The notes beneath the pieces are model-generated. The model was not told the DNA's origin and made no database searches. It was given only the letters and a program-made list of their open reading frames with translations. 64,000 nucleotides of DNA. Source: Octopus sinensis. Taxonomy: Eukaryota. A program made the position numbers and the translations under genes. This document shows, piece by piece, positions 24,241-37,738 of this stretch; the first letter of the stretch is position 1; every line of letters starts with the position of its first letter. The stretch is taken from contig NC_042997.1 of NCBI RefSeq assembly GCF_006345805.1, positions 154,814,001-154,878,000 on the forward strand. Reading direction: 5' to 3'.

Positions 24241-25818
24241 CTCTTGTATGGTATTGTAAATGTACGTATGCTATTATCATGTTTGCACCTGTGTTCTAAT
24301 TGAAAGTAGTTCACAACTTAAAGCAATGCAAACGCAACATTGACAGACGCTTAACATTCCATATTTCATAATGGATTTACTTAAATGCCATTTCGCTTGA
24401 CTGACGAGCAACAATAAGGATGCTTTAGTCTGAAAGTCTACCACCAACTTGCTAATGCGTAATACTTCTTTCAGAATGATTTTCTTACAAAGATAGACGA
24501 CCAGATATTTCTGAACGGGGACAGTCGATTATATCGATCGAATCCACTTCTTGATTAATGTATATTTTAACAGTGACAATCTCGATTGTCTGATTATATA
24601 TAAAAATATATTGTTACATGTTTCTGTTTTTAAAAGACAATAGTGAATGATTTGAGTAATCTGGCTGTTATTTAAACGACCGTGTATTGGGGTTTCTTTT
24701 TTATACATATTTCTGTTTGTCTTCTAAATTGTATAATTGCACGAGAATATATCACAGAAACAGCGACTGCTCTATAAAAGCTTATTGTCCTGACAGTATC
24801 ATGAATGAGATCCGAATCAAGAGAGTGCTAGACAAATATCGTGTTGCATGAGGTTTGTGTTCAAGTCGGTAGTATTAGAACTCAAAACATAAGGCACCTT
24901 AACACATAATACAAGGTATTCGGAACGCTCTAACGATTCTGCCAATTTGGAAAACAGAAACAAAGATTTTTTAAATAAAAGCATGAGTGAACGAGGAAAC
25001 TTCTGCATAATTGGTCGATGTAGTAGAAATAGTAACCAAATATTTCTTAATTCAGACACAATAATCTTTAAAAAAGGAAGGACTTAAGGACCTATTAAAC
25101 GATGCACTTTGTTTCAAAATATGATACGTTAGTTATAGTTGGAATGCATTTGCTCTGATGAATGTCAACCAACTTGGTCACCCTACAAGCTAGAAATTTT
25201 CGTTCACATAACATTCTGCTATCTCAAACTAATTGATGGTTTGGGTGGACTTTAAAACTACAAATACAATCCATTTGACTGGTTACCCCAGTTTCCGGCT
25301 ACCCAGTCTCATTACAATATTTAGATCCATCCGAAGTATGTTTCAAATCTCTTGCCCAAGATGATACGCAATGGGATTATAAGACTGGAGCTCTTGAATG
25401 CTAAGCGAATTTCTTAACCATCGGACATGCTAGTTATTCATCGTCAATGTTTCTAGAGACAGGAAATAAAAAAAGACATGCATTCTCAGTACAAAGAAGT
25501 TATGGCAAGCCTTGATGATGAAATACGGCTCTAAAGAGAACTTCATCATCAATAAAGATCAATGGAAACTAAGAAAAAATTCCATTCCTAAATTGATCAG
25601 TTTAGTTACCTACTGGTGTCTTCCTTTTTATTTTAGACGATCTCAGTAGTCCACAATCCTTCTCTCATACACACAATGTTGAAGAAATCACCACCCTGAT
25701 TACATCATATATAAGGTTTCCTTATTACATGGTTGGATAGAAATAAAGATCGATGAAAAAAGAAGTTAGAAAAGAAGAGATTAATTTAGGCGGAAAGATA
25801 TATAGATAGACAGACAGT

Positions 25819-25973
<155 letters not shown>

Positions 25974-26412
25974 GACATGGATAAGGAGGGAGGAAATGTG
26001 GACAAAGAGAGCTACGTATAGGAGAGAGTTACAGTTACCTTACAGTTGAAATTGTGAAACAATAACTGAAGTGTCTCATGAGATAGACTGGTGGGATGGA
26101 CAATGGATTAATCGAATATATCGATAGATGTTTCTATGAGCTCTGATGCATGTAAGGACAGGTTTGTGTTTTATTTCGTATTTTGTTCTTTACATAGCCT
26201 CTAGTCAAACACTGAGGGAATATGTAGAACTAAGAGAGACGTGGTGAGTCAGTGGCTTGTTTCTTAACTTCTTTTCTGCGTCAATCGTCTGTTAGAGACA
26301 CGTGTAAAAGTTGTCGCCTGCGAAACGTGCCGAATATGAAGGGGTCCATCGACGTTTTTCACTCAGTTTCTCTCTCTTTCTACAACACACAAACACACAC
26401 ACACACACACAC

Positions 26413-26464
<52 letters not shown>

Positions 26465-26600
26465 CACACACACGAATATATGATTGATATATATATATAA
26501 ATATATATATAATTATTATTATTTGAGGGAATAGAATCCAAACTTACAAGGAAAAAGAATTCAATTTAGAAATACTAAATCAAATTCCACACAAAAATAA

Positions 26601-26917
26601 TATATATAAAATATTAGAAAAAAACCACCTTTTATCAATTCGAAATGAATAATTAAATTACACCATCTAGAAAATTACATATAATAGAAAAGTTAAAATT
26701 AAAATAACAATTAAAAAGTAAAGATTAAGTAAATTACAAGAATAATATAATGTATTATATTATATACGTTATATTATTCTTGTAATTTACTTAATCTTTA
26801 CTTTTTAATTGTTATTTTAATTTTAACTTTTCTATTATATGTAATTTTCTAGATGGTGTAGTTTAATTATTCATTTTGAATTGATAAAAGGTGGATGTTT
26901 TCTGATATTTTATATAT
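26601..26917. repeat. AT-rich palindrome, ~155-bp arms, <=18-nt spacer
   Basis: 26661-26750 pairs without mismatch to 26769-26858; only a few mismatches in the outer arms. The left arm belongs to a dispersed repeat also at ~13883-14125. Confidence 0.92.
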
Positions 26918-27386
26918 ATATATATATAATATATATATATAATATATATATATATATACATGGGGGTGTGTATGTATGTATGAGATATATACATACTTAA
27001 ATGTATGTATATATATATATATATATATACATACATTTTCGGTCATTAGATGCGGCCATAATTGGGCACCAACTTGAATAATATTTGGTACTTATCTTTT
27101 TGTTTTTAAAGCCTGGTACTTACTCTATCGGTATCTTTTTGCCGAAGTGTTAATTAACAGGAACATAAACACAAGCGGTGGTCGGGGAGACAAACAGAGA
27201 CACAAAGGCACACACACACAGAGGACGGGCTGCTTTCAGTTTCCCTCTATCAAATCCACTCACGATGCTGCAGTCGACCCGAGGCTATAGTTGAAGGCAC
27301 TGACCCAAAATGCCAGGCAGTGTGACAGAACCCGAAACCATGTGGTTGGGAAGCAAGATTTTTACCACACAGCCACACCTGCGTAC

Positions 27387-27435
<49 letters not shown>

Positions 27436-27448
27436 TACACACACACAC

Positions 27449-29248
27449 ATCATCAAACCGGCTGACAAGGGTGGAGCTGTAGTGGTGTGGCGCGCGGACC
27501 TCTATAGGGCCGAGGCTTTCCGCCAACTCAATGACACCTCCTTCTATTCCCCTCTGCCCTCTAACCCCACACGTAGCTACCAACAGACGGTATCCTCTAC
27601 CGTCCAAGACCTCATCTCGTCCTCCGTCTCCTCCGCACCGCATCCAACCTAATTGTGCGAACCCCACGTACCCCCACCATTTACTTCCTCCCCAAAATCC
27701 ACAAACCCAACAACCCTGGCCGCCCCATCGTCTCCGCCTGTAACTGCCCCACGGAGCTCATCTCTAAATACCTCGACCGTGTCCTTGCCCCCCTAGTGGC
27801 ATCTCTTCCCTCCCACATCCACGATACCAACCATGCTCTCCGGCTTTTCAACTCTTTCTCCTTTCCTCCCGGCTCCTCCAAAATCCTTTTTACTATGGAC
27901 ATCCGAAGCCTCTATACTGTTATCCCTCACCACGAAGGACTGCAGGCCCTTCGACACTTTCTTGACCTCCGCTCTAACCCTGTACCTGACACCTCCACAC
28001 TCATTCGTCTGGCCGAACTTGTCCTTACTCTGAACTGCTTCTCGTTCGCGGGCGAGTTCTACCATCAGGTCTCGGGAGTGGCCATGGGAACGCGAATGGG
28101 CCCCAACTATGCGAACCTGTTCGTTGGCTATGTTGAGGCCCAAATATTCTCTAATTTCACTGGTCCCACTCCTGAACTATATGGTCGTTATATGACGACA
28201 TTATCGGTGCCACCTCACTCTCCCGCGAACATCTAGATTCCTTCCTCTCTTTCGTCCAATCTTTCCATCCAGCCCTCCACTTCACTTCCACTATCTCCAA
28301 CACCTCTGTCTCCTTCCTCGACATTTCGGTTAGCATTCTTCACTCCACTCTTACCACCTCCATTCACTACAAACACACAGACTCACACTCATACCTCAAC
28401 TTCTCTTCCTCCCACCCAGAACACACCAAGCTTTCCATCCCCTATTCCCAATTCCTCCGTCTACGTAGGCTCTGTAGTGACGACCATGACTTTGAGACTC
28501 AGTCTCAACGTATGGCTCACCACTTCACCCTACGTGGATACCCCCTCACCACTATCCACACCGCCCTTGCCAGAGCACGGTCCGTGGACCGTGTATCTGC
28601 TCTCTCTCCCCGAACCCGCCCTGTAGTCTCCCGCCTCCCTTTTCCCCTCACTTACCACCCCACGACCCTACGTCTCCAACGCACCATTCTTCGAGCTTTC
28701 CGTCATCTCCAGTCCGACCCGTCCACTTCACACCTCTTCCCTAACCGACCCCTCCCCTCTTTCAAACGAGCCCACAACCTTCGAGACCTTTTGGTCCATA
28801 GCTCCTTCCCTGACCCTACCTCCCAACCCGGCTCGTTCCCCTGCTCCCGCCCACGTTGCCGCACTTGCCCTTACCTCTCCAAAACACCACCCGCCTCACT
28901 AGCACCCACCATCGACCCTATCCCATCATCCACTCCTTCACCTGCACCTCCAGCAATATTATCTATTGCATCTCTTGCTCTCTCTGCAATTCCTTGTACA
29001 TCGGACAAACGGGACGCCGCTTGGCTGACCGGTTCGCGGAACACCTTCGTGACATCCACCTTGCGAACGACACACCGGTCTCACGCCATTTCCGCTCCAC
29101 CGGTCACTCCTTGCAACACCTATCTGTGTTCGGTTTGTCCTTACACAGAGGCCATCCGGATTCCCGTTTGCGCCGTGAACAGGAATTAATCTTCTCTCTT
29201 CGCTCTTATACGCCATTTGGTCTCAACTCTCCCCCCCTCCTCTTCTAA
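27449..29248 (+). pseudogene. Penelope-like RT + GIY-YIG endonuclease ORF, three 1-bp deletions, no in-frame stops
   Basis: YFLPKIHKPNNPGRPIVS, FTMDIRSLYT, GVAMGTRMGPNYANLF, RY(I)DDI (frameshift ~28192), FLDISV, HYKHTDSHSYL, CSRPRCRTC, IIYCISCSLCNSLYIGQTGRRLADRFAEH. Other shifts at ~27625 and ~28881. Confidence 0.93.
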
Positions 29249-29545
29249 CCCCCCTCTCCCCCCCTCCTCACCTATCCTTTCTCCCCCGACCCCTACTTCT
29301 TCAGTCCTTCATCCTTTCACCCCTACTCCCCTTCCCTTCTTCCCTCTTTCTCCCTCCCTCTTCCCCTTCCCTCTGCTCCCTCACTCCCTCTCTCCCCCTC
29401 TCCCTCTTTCCTCCTTCATCCCCCTCCTCCCCTTCCTTCTCCCCATCCTCTCCTCTTCCCCCTTCTCTTCCCCCTTCTCCTCCCCCTCTTCTTCCCCTCC
29501 CCTTCTCTCCCCCCTCTTCTCCCCCTCCCCCTCTTCTCCTCACTA
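29225..29545 (+). repeat. ~320-bp polypyrimidine (C/T) tract
   Basis: Almost purine-free on the plus strand, immediately after the PLE stop codon. Confidence 0.9.
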
Positions 29546-30082
29546 CACCACATGACTTTACACATCACATCACATATGATGTGCCATACTAATACACACA
29601 CCAACTAATACATACTAATACGTACTAATACATACTAGTACATACTAATACTTACACCAACCCTATACATACACACGTCCAGACCCCGCATACGCACTTA
29701 TACTCTCTCACACACACATACCTATACATACCAATACGTACTAATACATACTAATATATACTAATACATACACCAACCCCATACATACGCATGTCCAGAC
29801 CAATCTTACGCACTAATACTCTCTCATACACACACACACACACACCCTTATACATACTAATACATACACCAACCCTATACATACACACATCCAGACCCCT
29901 CCCACGCACTTTTAGCTGGTCCCTCAACCCTTTTATCAACCCTGTTATCTCCCCTTATTTCGCTCTCGCGTCTCATGTTTGACCTTTGACCTCTGGCCGA
30001 AATCAGATCGCCATGTTGATTCGTTAGCTACTGCACGCATTTTTTTTCTCTCCTTCTTTCTGTGTTTTTCTCTCTCTGTGTA

Positions 30083-30120
30083 TCTTTCTGTTGAAGAGCG
30101 TAGGCTCGAAACGTTAAAGA
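30083..30120 (+). ncRNA. Minimal hammerhead-like motif with variant core (CUGUUGA-A) in Penelope pseudo-LTR
   Basis: UCUUU / CUGUUGA A / GAGC-GUAG-GCUC / GAAA CGU U / AAAGA: 5-bp stem I, 4-bp stem II, palindromic ACGU stem III. A6 is replaced by U. Confidence 0.55.
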
Positions 30121-30217
30121 CTTGTTTTATTTATATTTCCTGAGCGCCATACTAATACAATTGTTCGTTTTTTTTCCACCTGCCTTCGTCTTTTGTTTAT
30201 TTTCATAAAGCTTCCCG

Positions 30218-30255
<38 letters not shown>

Positions 30256-30785
30256 GGAGGAGATGAGTGTGCAATATAAAAAGAACTGGCCGTCAAACAG
30301 GTATGACTCGACTGCAGGTACCACGTTTTCAATAACTGTTTCTGTGGTCACGAGCAGACAGGGCTCTTTGGGCTTTCCTATATTTCACCCTTCGGAGTAT
30401 CAACGGTGTGACAGCTGCAAAGTGAGAAAATTGCACCAAAACTTTTCAGATTTTCAACTGAGTATGCTTGTTTGATGTGAAACGTGCCGTTTGAGAGAAC
30501 ATAAGAGTCAAGAATCGAACTCATGATCTTATTTTTGTAAACCCTTCACATTAACCTCTACTTTGAGCGACTTCATTTATATTTATGATTATGTATTAAT
30601 GAACTATAGGCGCAGTTATGACAGTGTGGTTCAGAAACTCACTTTGCAACTACCTTTACTTCGGTTTCTATCCCACCCCTGCGCAGCATTTTCGGCAAAT
30701 GTTTTCTATCATCACCTTGGGTTGACCAAGCTTTCTGAGTGAACTTGGTAGATGGGAGCTATGTGGAAACCCATTGTATATATAC

Positions 30786-30847
<62 letters not shown>

Positions 30848-32900
30848 TGTGTGTGTGTTTGTGTGTGTTTGTGTGTACTTTTGAGTGTATTTGTGGTTGT
30901 CTTTGTGTGTGTCTTTGTGTTTGTTTGGCCACCCTCACTGCTTGACAACCGGCGTTGGCTTGTCTACGTCCCCGCAACTTACCAGTTCAGCAAATGAATC
31001 TGATAGAATAAGTATCAGACTTTTAAAAAAGAATAAGTACTTGGGTAGATTTGTTCGACTAAACACTTCAAGACAGTCTCGTTGCATGGCCTCAGTTCAA
31101 TCTCTGAAACAAGTAAAATATAAAAAGTTATCGATTCTCAAGTTTTGTGACTTTGTGTCTATGTTATAAATTATTATAAAAATTGGATTATAAATTATTT
31201 TCTAATTATTTATAATTTAATGTTTATAATAAGTTCTAACAGACACAAAGCCGCAATTATTAAGTGATCAATATCTTAACTTAAGCGGACCCGGTAATCA
31301 ATTAGCACTATATTTTATCGACCACAGAAAGTTAGCAAATTTATGCTGCTATTTCTAGCCTGTCGCATTACCGTGTGGCGGAGCCATCTTTGGCGTGTTT
31401 GAAATATGAAAATCTTCACTCATTTTAGTGCTATTCTTGCGCTAGCTTATATTAGCTTCGCCAATACATATACAAAACAAAGAAATCTAACTAAATACTA
31501 GCTCCACCTACTTTCAACATCCGCAAAATTAGGTTAATAATATTTTCGTCTTAAATTTTTTGCGGAAACCACACCCTAGGTTTCTGTACACTAGCGCTTT
31601 CAGAAAAACGTTTTGTGATATATGTAAAAGTTGTCGCTAACGTTGAATCCTAGTCCAGCCATCATATAGTGATCTGCATTGAATGGGATTCCAACCGTGA
31701 CAATATTTTTCTGTATATCAGTGACTACATTTTCCAATGCGTTTTGTTTCAGACTGGAGCATGTAATTTGAGTGATATTTGGTTATTACTTCTAGCAGAG
31801 GAAGTTACTGCATCAAGGATCTCTTGCTGGTACATTATATTCCAAACACAATCTAACCAAGGTTCAACTTAGTTTTTTATTAGAGTTTTATTAGTCCTCA
31901 CATTAAGAAGAAATTCTTAAAACGAGTTTAAATCCAACATCTAAATGAATAGAACTCAACCCCCTAATTATCTTACAAGTCTCGTAATATCTCTTCTCGT
32001 GAGTGCGAGACTGTGAGAGGACTGTAGTTGTTGGTTTTGCTACTGTCGATGTTGTTGGTAGTGCTTCTGTTACTGTTATCACCAGATCGGCTCTAAATAA
32101 ACAGATCTATGATCAAATGCAACCAGAATTGCATTTTATTTATGTTTAATTTATCTACGGGTACGTATCTTTAAGTATCCTTTTTTACTGAAGACGGCAA
32201 GATGTGATTTGAGCCAAATTGTACTGCTATTTTTGGCGTGTCGCATGACCGTGTCGAGGAACTTTCGTTAGCGTGTTTGAAATATAAAAAAAAAAATTCA
32301 CTGGTTTAAGTGCCATCCTTGCGCAAGCCTGTATTAGCGTCTCCAGTACTAACACAAAAGTGAGAACGATAAAGAGATAGCATGAAGAGAATCGCTTGGT
32401 ATTATGGAAGAAAGAAAGCGAAAAGTCGTGGTTTCTGTGTATTTCTTAATGGCTTCTGCACATTTGTTGAAGTTGTTGCGATCGATCAATCGATAGATCT
32501 ATCTGTATGTTATAATAAATTGTCAGATTGAATTGAGTGGAGGAGACTATTAAAATTGGCTTTCAATAATAAATTTTTACCTAAAAAGTAAAAAGCTATG
32601 AAGTGTTTCTATATTTCATGTTATAATTACGAGATAGAGAGAGAGCTAGATAATAGGTCTGAGTTTGCGTGCATGAATGTTTGTGCTTTTATATGCGTGT
32701 GTATGGATATATGTTACATGATATCGTCTATTACAGGAAAAATTCCCTTACTTCAAGTTTCCTATTTAGTTGAGAACTAAAAAAACTTATCAATTTGAAT
32801 TTTCAATTAAATAAGAAGCTTGAAGTATCAAGGTTTTACTTGTAATACATTACAACCTATTATATCTAAATACATGTGTATGTGTGCGCGTGTGTGTATA

Positions 32901-32966
<66 letters not shown>

Positions 32967-33826
32967 GTGTGTGTGTGTGGTGTGTGTGTGTGTGTGTGTA
33001 CATTCGTATATAAATATATATATATATTATATTCACATATATATATATATTCACATACATATATACATTCATATATATAAATATATATATATTTATATAT
33101 ATATATATATAAATTCATATATATATATATATATATTCTTATATCTGTAAATGTAATATGTGACAATTATTTGGTAGCCAAGATAAAACTCCGAGTTTCG
33201 GATGTATGTATGTATTTATGTAAGTGTGTGTGTGTGTAGGCATGTGCTTATATACTTATGTAGGAGCATATGCATACGGTGAAGAACAAAAAGCAAAGCA
33301 CAAAATAACCAAAAAAAAAAAAACAAACAAATTTCTAATTAATACTATTAGCTTGATGCTCTCGAGGAAGGAAAAAAAGTTAATGAGTATAACGTTTCAG
33401 ATATTGTCCTTTTTCGGATACTGGAAAAAGAGATGAGAGACAATCCGGAGAAACTGAGGCAAGTAAAATGGAAACAAATTTTAAAAAGTAACGTACCTAA
33501 GGTATTCACCAACTCCCCTTCCAACACATGCAAGGTTATCGATCATTTGCATAAAGGGTAAAAGTGTATATTTCTGGAGTGTCGACATTGATTGTTGTAT
33601 TTACAGCAGGACACTGATAAGGTAAAATGAATGATCCCATAATGTTTTTGCAACTGCTGTGTAATTATTTCAGCATTTTGGGGAAATGCGTGAATTTACC
33701 ATAAGGCTTTTACTACCACATGTTTTCTGCTTATTATTAGTTCTTTTATCTCTCTCTATCTATGTATCTTTATATATATACATAAATATACACACACATG
33801 TATACATACATACATACATACATACA

Positions 33827-33862
<36 letters not shown>

Positions 33863-34264
33863 TATAATCCTACATTTGTATTAATAGCCTATTTTTATTC
33901 GTATAAACCATTTTACAAACACAAGCACGCAATCATAAATACATACATATATATCATGCATTTGAGTGTGTCAGTGTGTCTGCGTGTGTGTGTGTGGTGT
34001 GTGTGTGTGTGTGTGTGTGTTGTGTGTGCGTGTGTGTGTGTGTGTGATGGTAAAGTGGTTCACTTGAAACGAATTGTTTAGTGTCATGGAAGAAAAATTG
34101 GAAAGTCGTGTCATCTATGTATTTCTTAAGGGTTTCTGCACAATTGCTGAAACTGTTTCGATCGATAGAATTGTTATGATAACTCGTGAGAAAAATATCC
34201 TAAAAACAGCAACAAATAATTAGAATACAAATATAAACCCTCTCAGAAGAATTCTATAATAAAC

Positions 34265-34790
34265 AAAACAAAAAGAAACATCAAGCTGCGTTTCAGTTAA
34301 AACTTAGCGACAAATGTGGGGAAAAAACTGCGTAGCATTAATCATCGAAAACCTCCAAATGGACTACAGATACCACGAACAATTCAGTAGGAGCACCGAA
34401 AAAATTAGCTGCACAAGAAGCCAATAAGATATCATCTAAGTTATAAACAGCAATATATTTCAAAGCCTACTGTTAACAGTCAAAAATGAATGTATCTACG
34501 ACAAATCGAAGTTAAACTTGTGAAGAAGGAATTACCTAAACAAAGAAGTGATCTACAAGAGAGCCATGCCACCTGTATTGTAGCCACAGATGGAACGTTC
34601 AAAGTCGGATTCACACAACAAATACATTCATTCTGCAATATTTATGGGAAAATGAAATTCCCCTATCAAAGTACAATGGGTCTTAAAGGAGAATAATATA
34701 AATATAAAAGGAATAATTACTTGCAGTATCATACCTTATATAAATGGCACCAGTATATGCATTGTAGAATATATAAACCACAATTACTTT
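34265..34790 (+). pseudogene. Decayed Penelope-like element C-terminal/GIY-YIG fragment (second family)
   Basis: KRNI..FS*NLATNVGKK, YHEQFSRSTEKIS, LNKEVIYK, TDGTFK...HSF and LSKY/WVLKENNIN match the marine-invertebrate PLE pattern (TNVGKKFL, IFNRNTVKISYSC, TELSKYIWELK). Confidence 0.6.
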
Positions 34791-34975
34791 ACAAGTATGA
34801 TGGTTCTAGATGAAAAATAAGATGCATTTACGTTACAGAAACGAAAATAAAGTTAATGTTAATAGATTAACGTTAACTTCCGTTAAATTTTCAAACGAAG
34901 AATTAACGCTTTAACGATTAACGAAGTTAGCTTTTCGATTATCGGTGCCCACTTCTGTGTGTGTGTATATATATA

Positions 34976-35022
<47 letters not shown>

Positions 35023-35201
35023 ATATTGGAAAATAGGTGTATGTGTTCGTGTGTGAAGGAAAAGTGATTAATATAAAAAAGAATGGAGGAAATAAACTGA
35101 CACTGATAATGAAGGTCAACAATATGGTTGAGGGAATTGAAATAACTAAGGAAAGGGTTTTAAGTACTAAACAAATACCAAAATGTATGTGTGTGTATAT
35201 G

Positions 35202-35245
<44 letters not shown>

Positions 35246-35973
35246 TGTGTATGTATATAAATAATATATAAATATATGCATATATACATATATATATGTA
35301 CATTCCTACGTATGTATATATACATGCATATATGGGTATAGGACATCAAAACCCGTAGACAAAATGAGAAACGAGAACATAAAAATCAAAAGCATAGAAA
35401 ACGAACTTTTTCGAACAACGAAAAAAAAAAACAGAGAAACGAGACATGTAACATAAAGAACATTCTCTTCATCAGTTGTCCCTTGTTTTATCTACTCTGC
35501 GTTTTCGAAGGTAATGACAAGACGCGACTTCGTTAAAACAGTCCTTCCCGCAAACAAATTAAATAAAATTTGGGATTTTTTGCGGAGGGTGAAACACTTC
35601 ATATTGTCTTGGCTTAACAGCCCTCACCGTTTGTTTTTACTGTTTCGTTCTCACTGTCCTGTTTTTGTTATCACTTCCATGTATATAATATATATGGCAT
35701 CGGTTATAACGACGAGAATTCAAGTTCATCCGATCAACGGAACAGACTGCCCGTGAAATTAACGCGCAAGTGGCTCAGCGACCCACAGGTACGTGTACCC
35801 TAAACGTAGTTCTCAGAGAGATTCGGGGTGACGCAGAGTGACAAGGCTGGCCCTTTGAAATACAAAGTAATATAAAATAGATAGATAGATATGCATACAC
35901 ACACATATATACGTATGTATGTATGTATGTATGTATGTATGTATGTATGTATGTATGTATGTATGTATGTATG

Positions 35974-36200
35974 AAGGCGGCGAACTGGCAGAAACGTTAA
36001 CATGCCGGGCAAAATACTAAGCGGTATTTCGTCTATGTTCTGAGTTCAAATTCGCCGAGGTCGACTTTGCCTTTCATCCTTTCGGGGTCGATAAATTAAG
36101 TACCAGTTACGCACTGGGGTCGATGTAATCGACTTAATCCGTTTGTCTGTCCTTGTTTGTCCCCTCTGTGTTTAACCCCTTGTGGGTAGTAAAGAAATAG
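35974..36200 (+). mobile_element. tRNA-derived SINE family B; representative copy
   Basis: GGCGGCGAACTGGCAGAAACGTTA..GAGTTCAAATTC (B box)..GGTCGACTTTGCCTTTCATCCTTTCGGGGTCGATAAATTAAGTACCAG. Other copies ~1850, 2520, 11680, 36200, 38770, 39055, 39310, 45640, 46105, 47322, 48850, 50285, 55795. Confidence 0.85.
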
Positions 36201-36664
36201 GTATTTCGTCTGTCTTTACGTCATGAGTCCAAATTCCACCAGGTCGACTTTGCCTTTCAACGTTTTCGGGGTCGATAAATTAAATACCAGTTGCGTACTG
36301 GGGTCGGTCTAATCGACTGGCCCCCTCCCCAAAATTTCAGGCCTTATGCCTAGAGTAGAAAAGTATATATGTATACTTACACACAAGGAGAGAGAAAGAG
36401 AGAGAGAGAGAGAGTTCTATTATTTCTGAAAGTTAGAAATCATGCGGCCTAGAGATTAGAGTATTGTAATGACGATCGCCAGACCGTGGGTTCGATTTGA
36501 TGGAGGGTGTGAGCTAATATACAGCACATACATTTGATAAATCATTTGTGCAAGTCATTTGGCCAAAGCGAAACACTCATTCATCGTCTTCCACGGGGGA
36601 TTCCTACATATATATATGATGGCTTAGCTCGCCAAAACTTCGAAGTCACTGTCAATACTTTTCT

Positions 36665-37042
36665 TACTCTTTTACTTGTTTCAGTCATTTGACTGTAGCT
36701 ATGCTGGAGCACCCCAGGACTTACTCTTTGTATGCCTAGTACTTATTCTATCGGTCTCTTTTGCCGAACCGCTAAGTGACGGGGACATAAACACACCAGC
36801 ATCGGTTGTCAAGCAATGCGGGGGGTGGGGTGGAACACAGACACACAAACATATATACACACACACATACATATATACGATGGGCTTCTTTCAGCTTCCA
36901 TCTACCAAATTCACTCACAAGGATTTGGTCGGCCCAAAGGCTATAGTAGAAGACACTAGCCCAAGGTACCACGCAGTGGGACTGAACCCAGAACCATGTG
37001 GTTGATAAGCAAGCTACTTACCACACAGCCACTCCTGCGCCT
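36665..37042 (-). mobile_element. SINE family A, near-complete copy
   Basis: Minus strand starts GGCGCAGGAGTGGCTGTGTGG (A box) ... GGGTTCAGTCCC (B box). Confidence 0.85.
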
Positions 37043-37494
37043 TTTATTCTTATAAAAGAATAATAATTTTATATGCTTCAAAATTATGGAGTAACCTTTT
37101 AACTTAAAATTGTTTTTATTATAATTGAACATAAAAGCATATATATACTCTTCTGTGTATATATATACAGTATACAAAAATTAAAAGAAAATGGAAATTT
37201 ATGATTGACACGTTTTAATTTATTAACATAATATTATATTATAATCATAATATAATATAATATAATACAATATGAATATAAATATTTATCTACAAATTGT
37301 TTCGATTCAGATCCAATAATGAATTTATTAAAAAAAACTCATGTTTATGGGTAAGAATCTTATCAGGGAAATATTTGACAAAATTAGACAAAAATTACAT
37401 ATGAAGATTGTTACATCCTAAAACAGACTGATTGCACCTAGAAAGTTACCCTCCGAGGCAGAAGTCAGAGCAAGATTGTTTGTGAAAGGCTAGC

Positions 37495-37738
37495 AGTCAC
37501 CCACGCATACCAGCCTCCCCTCTCCACACCACTGATGTTATCTAAGGGAAAGGCAAAGGGGCCGATGCAGCTTGGCACCAGTGATGTCGCAACTCATTTC
37601 TACAGCTGAGTTAACTGGTGCAACGTGAAATAAAGTGTCTTGCTCAAGAACACAACACGCAGCCCGGTCCAGGAATCGAACTCACAACCTCACGATCGTA
37701 AGCTCTATGCTCTAACCACTGAGCCATACGCCTTCACA
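37495..37738 (-). mobile_element. tRNA-derived SINE family D
   Basis: Minus strand TGGCTCAGTGG (A box), GAGTTCGATTCC (B box), GTGTTGTGTTCTTGAGCAAGACAC core. Related pieces at 10621-10880, 11420-11560, 55255-55350. Confidence 0.8.

Larger units (their letters stand above)
27449..30226 (+). mobile_element. Penelope-like retroelement (GIY-YIG type, Neptune-like), 5'-truncated, with 3' pseudo-LTR ~29985-30226
   Basis: Begins inside a (CA)n run with IIKPADKGGAVVVW, then RT, linker with CxxC and GIY-YIG domains, then a low-complexity 3' region and a terminal repeat also found solo at ~3355-3567. Confidence 0.93.

Noticed and set aside
37660-37738. tRNA gene candidates at SINE heads (also 36990-37040, 46050-46088)
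   Set aside because: A and B boxes are present but there is no full cloverleaf, and each continues into a SINE body.
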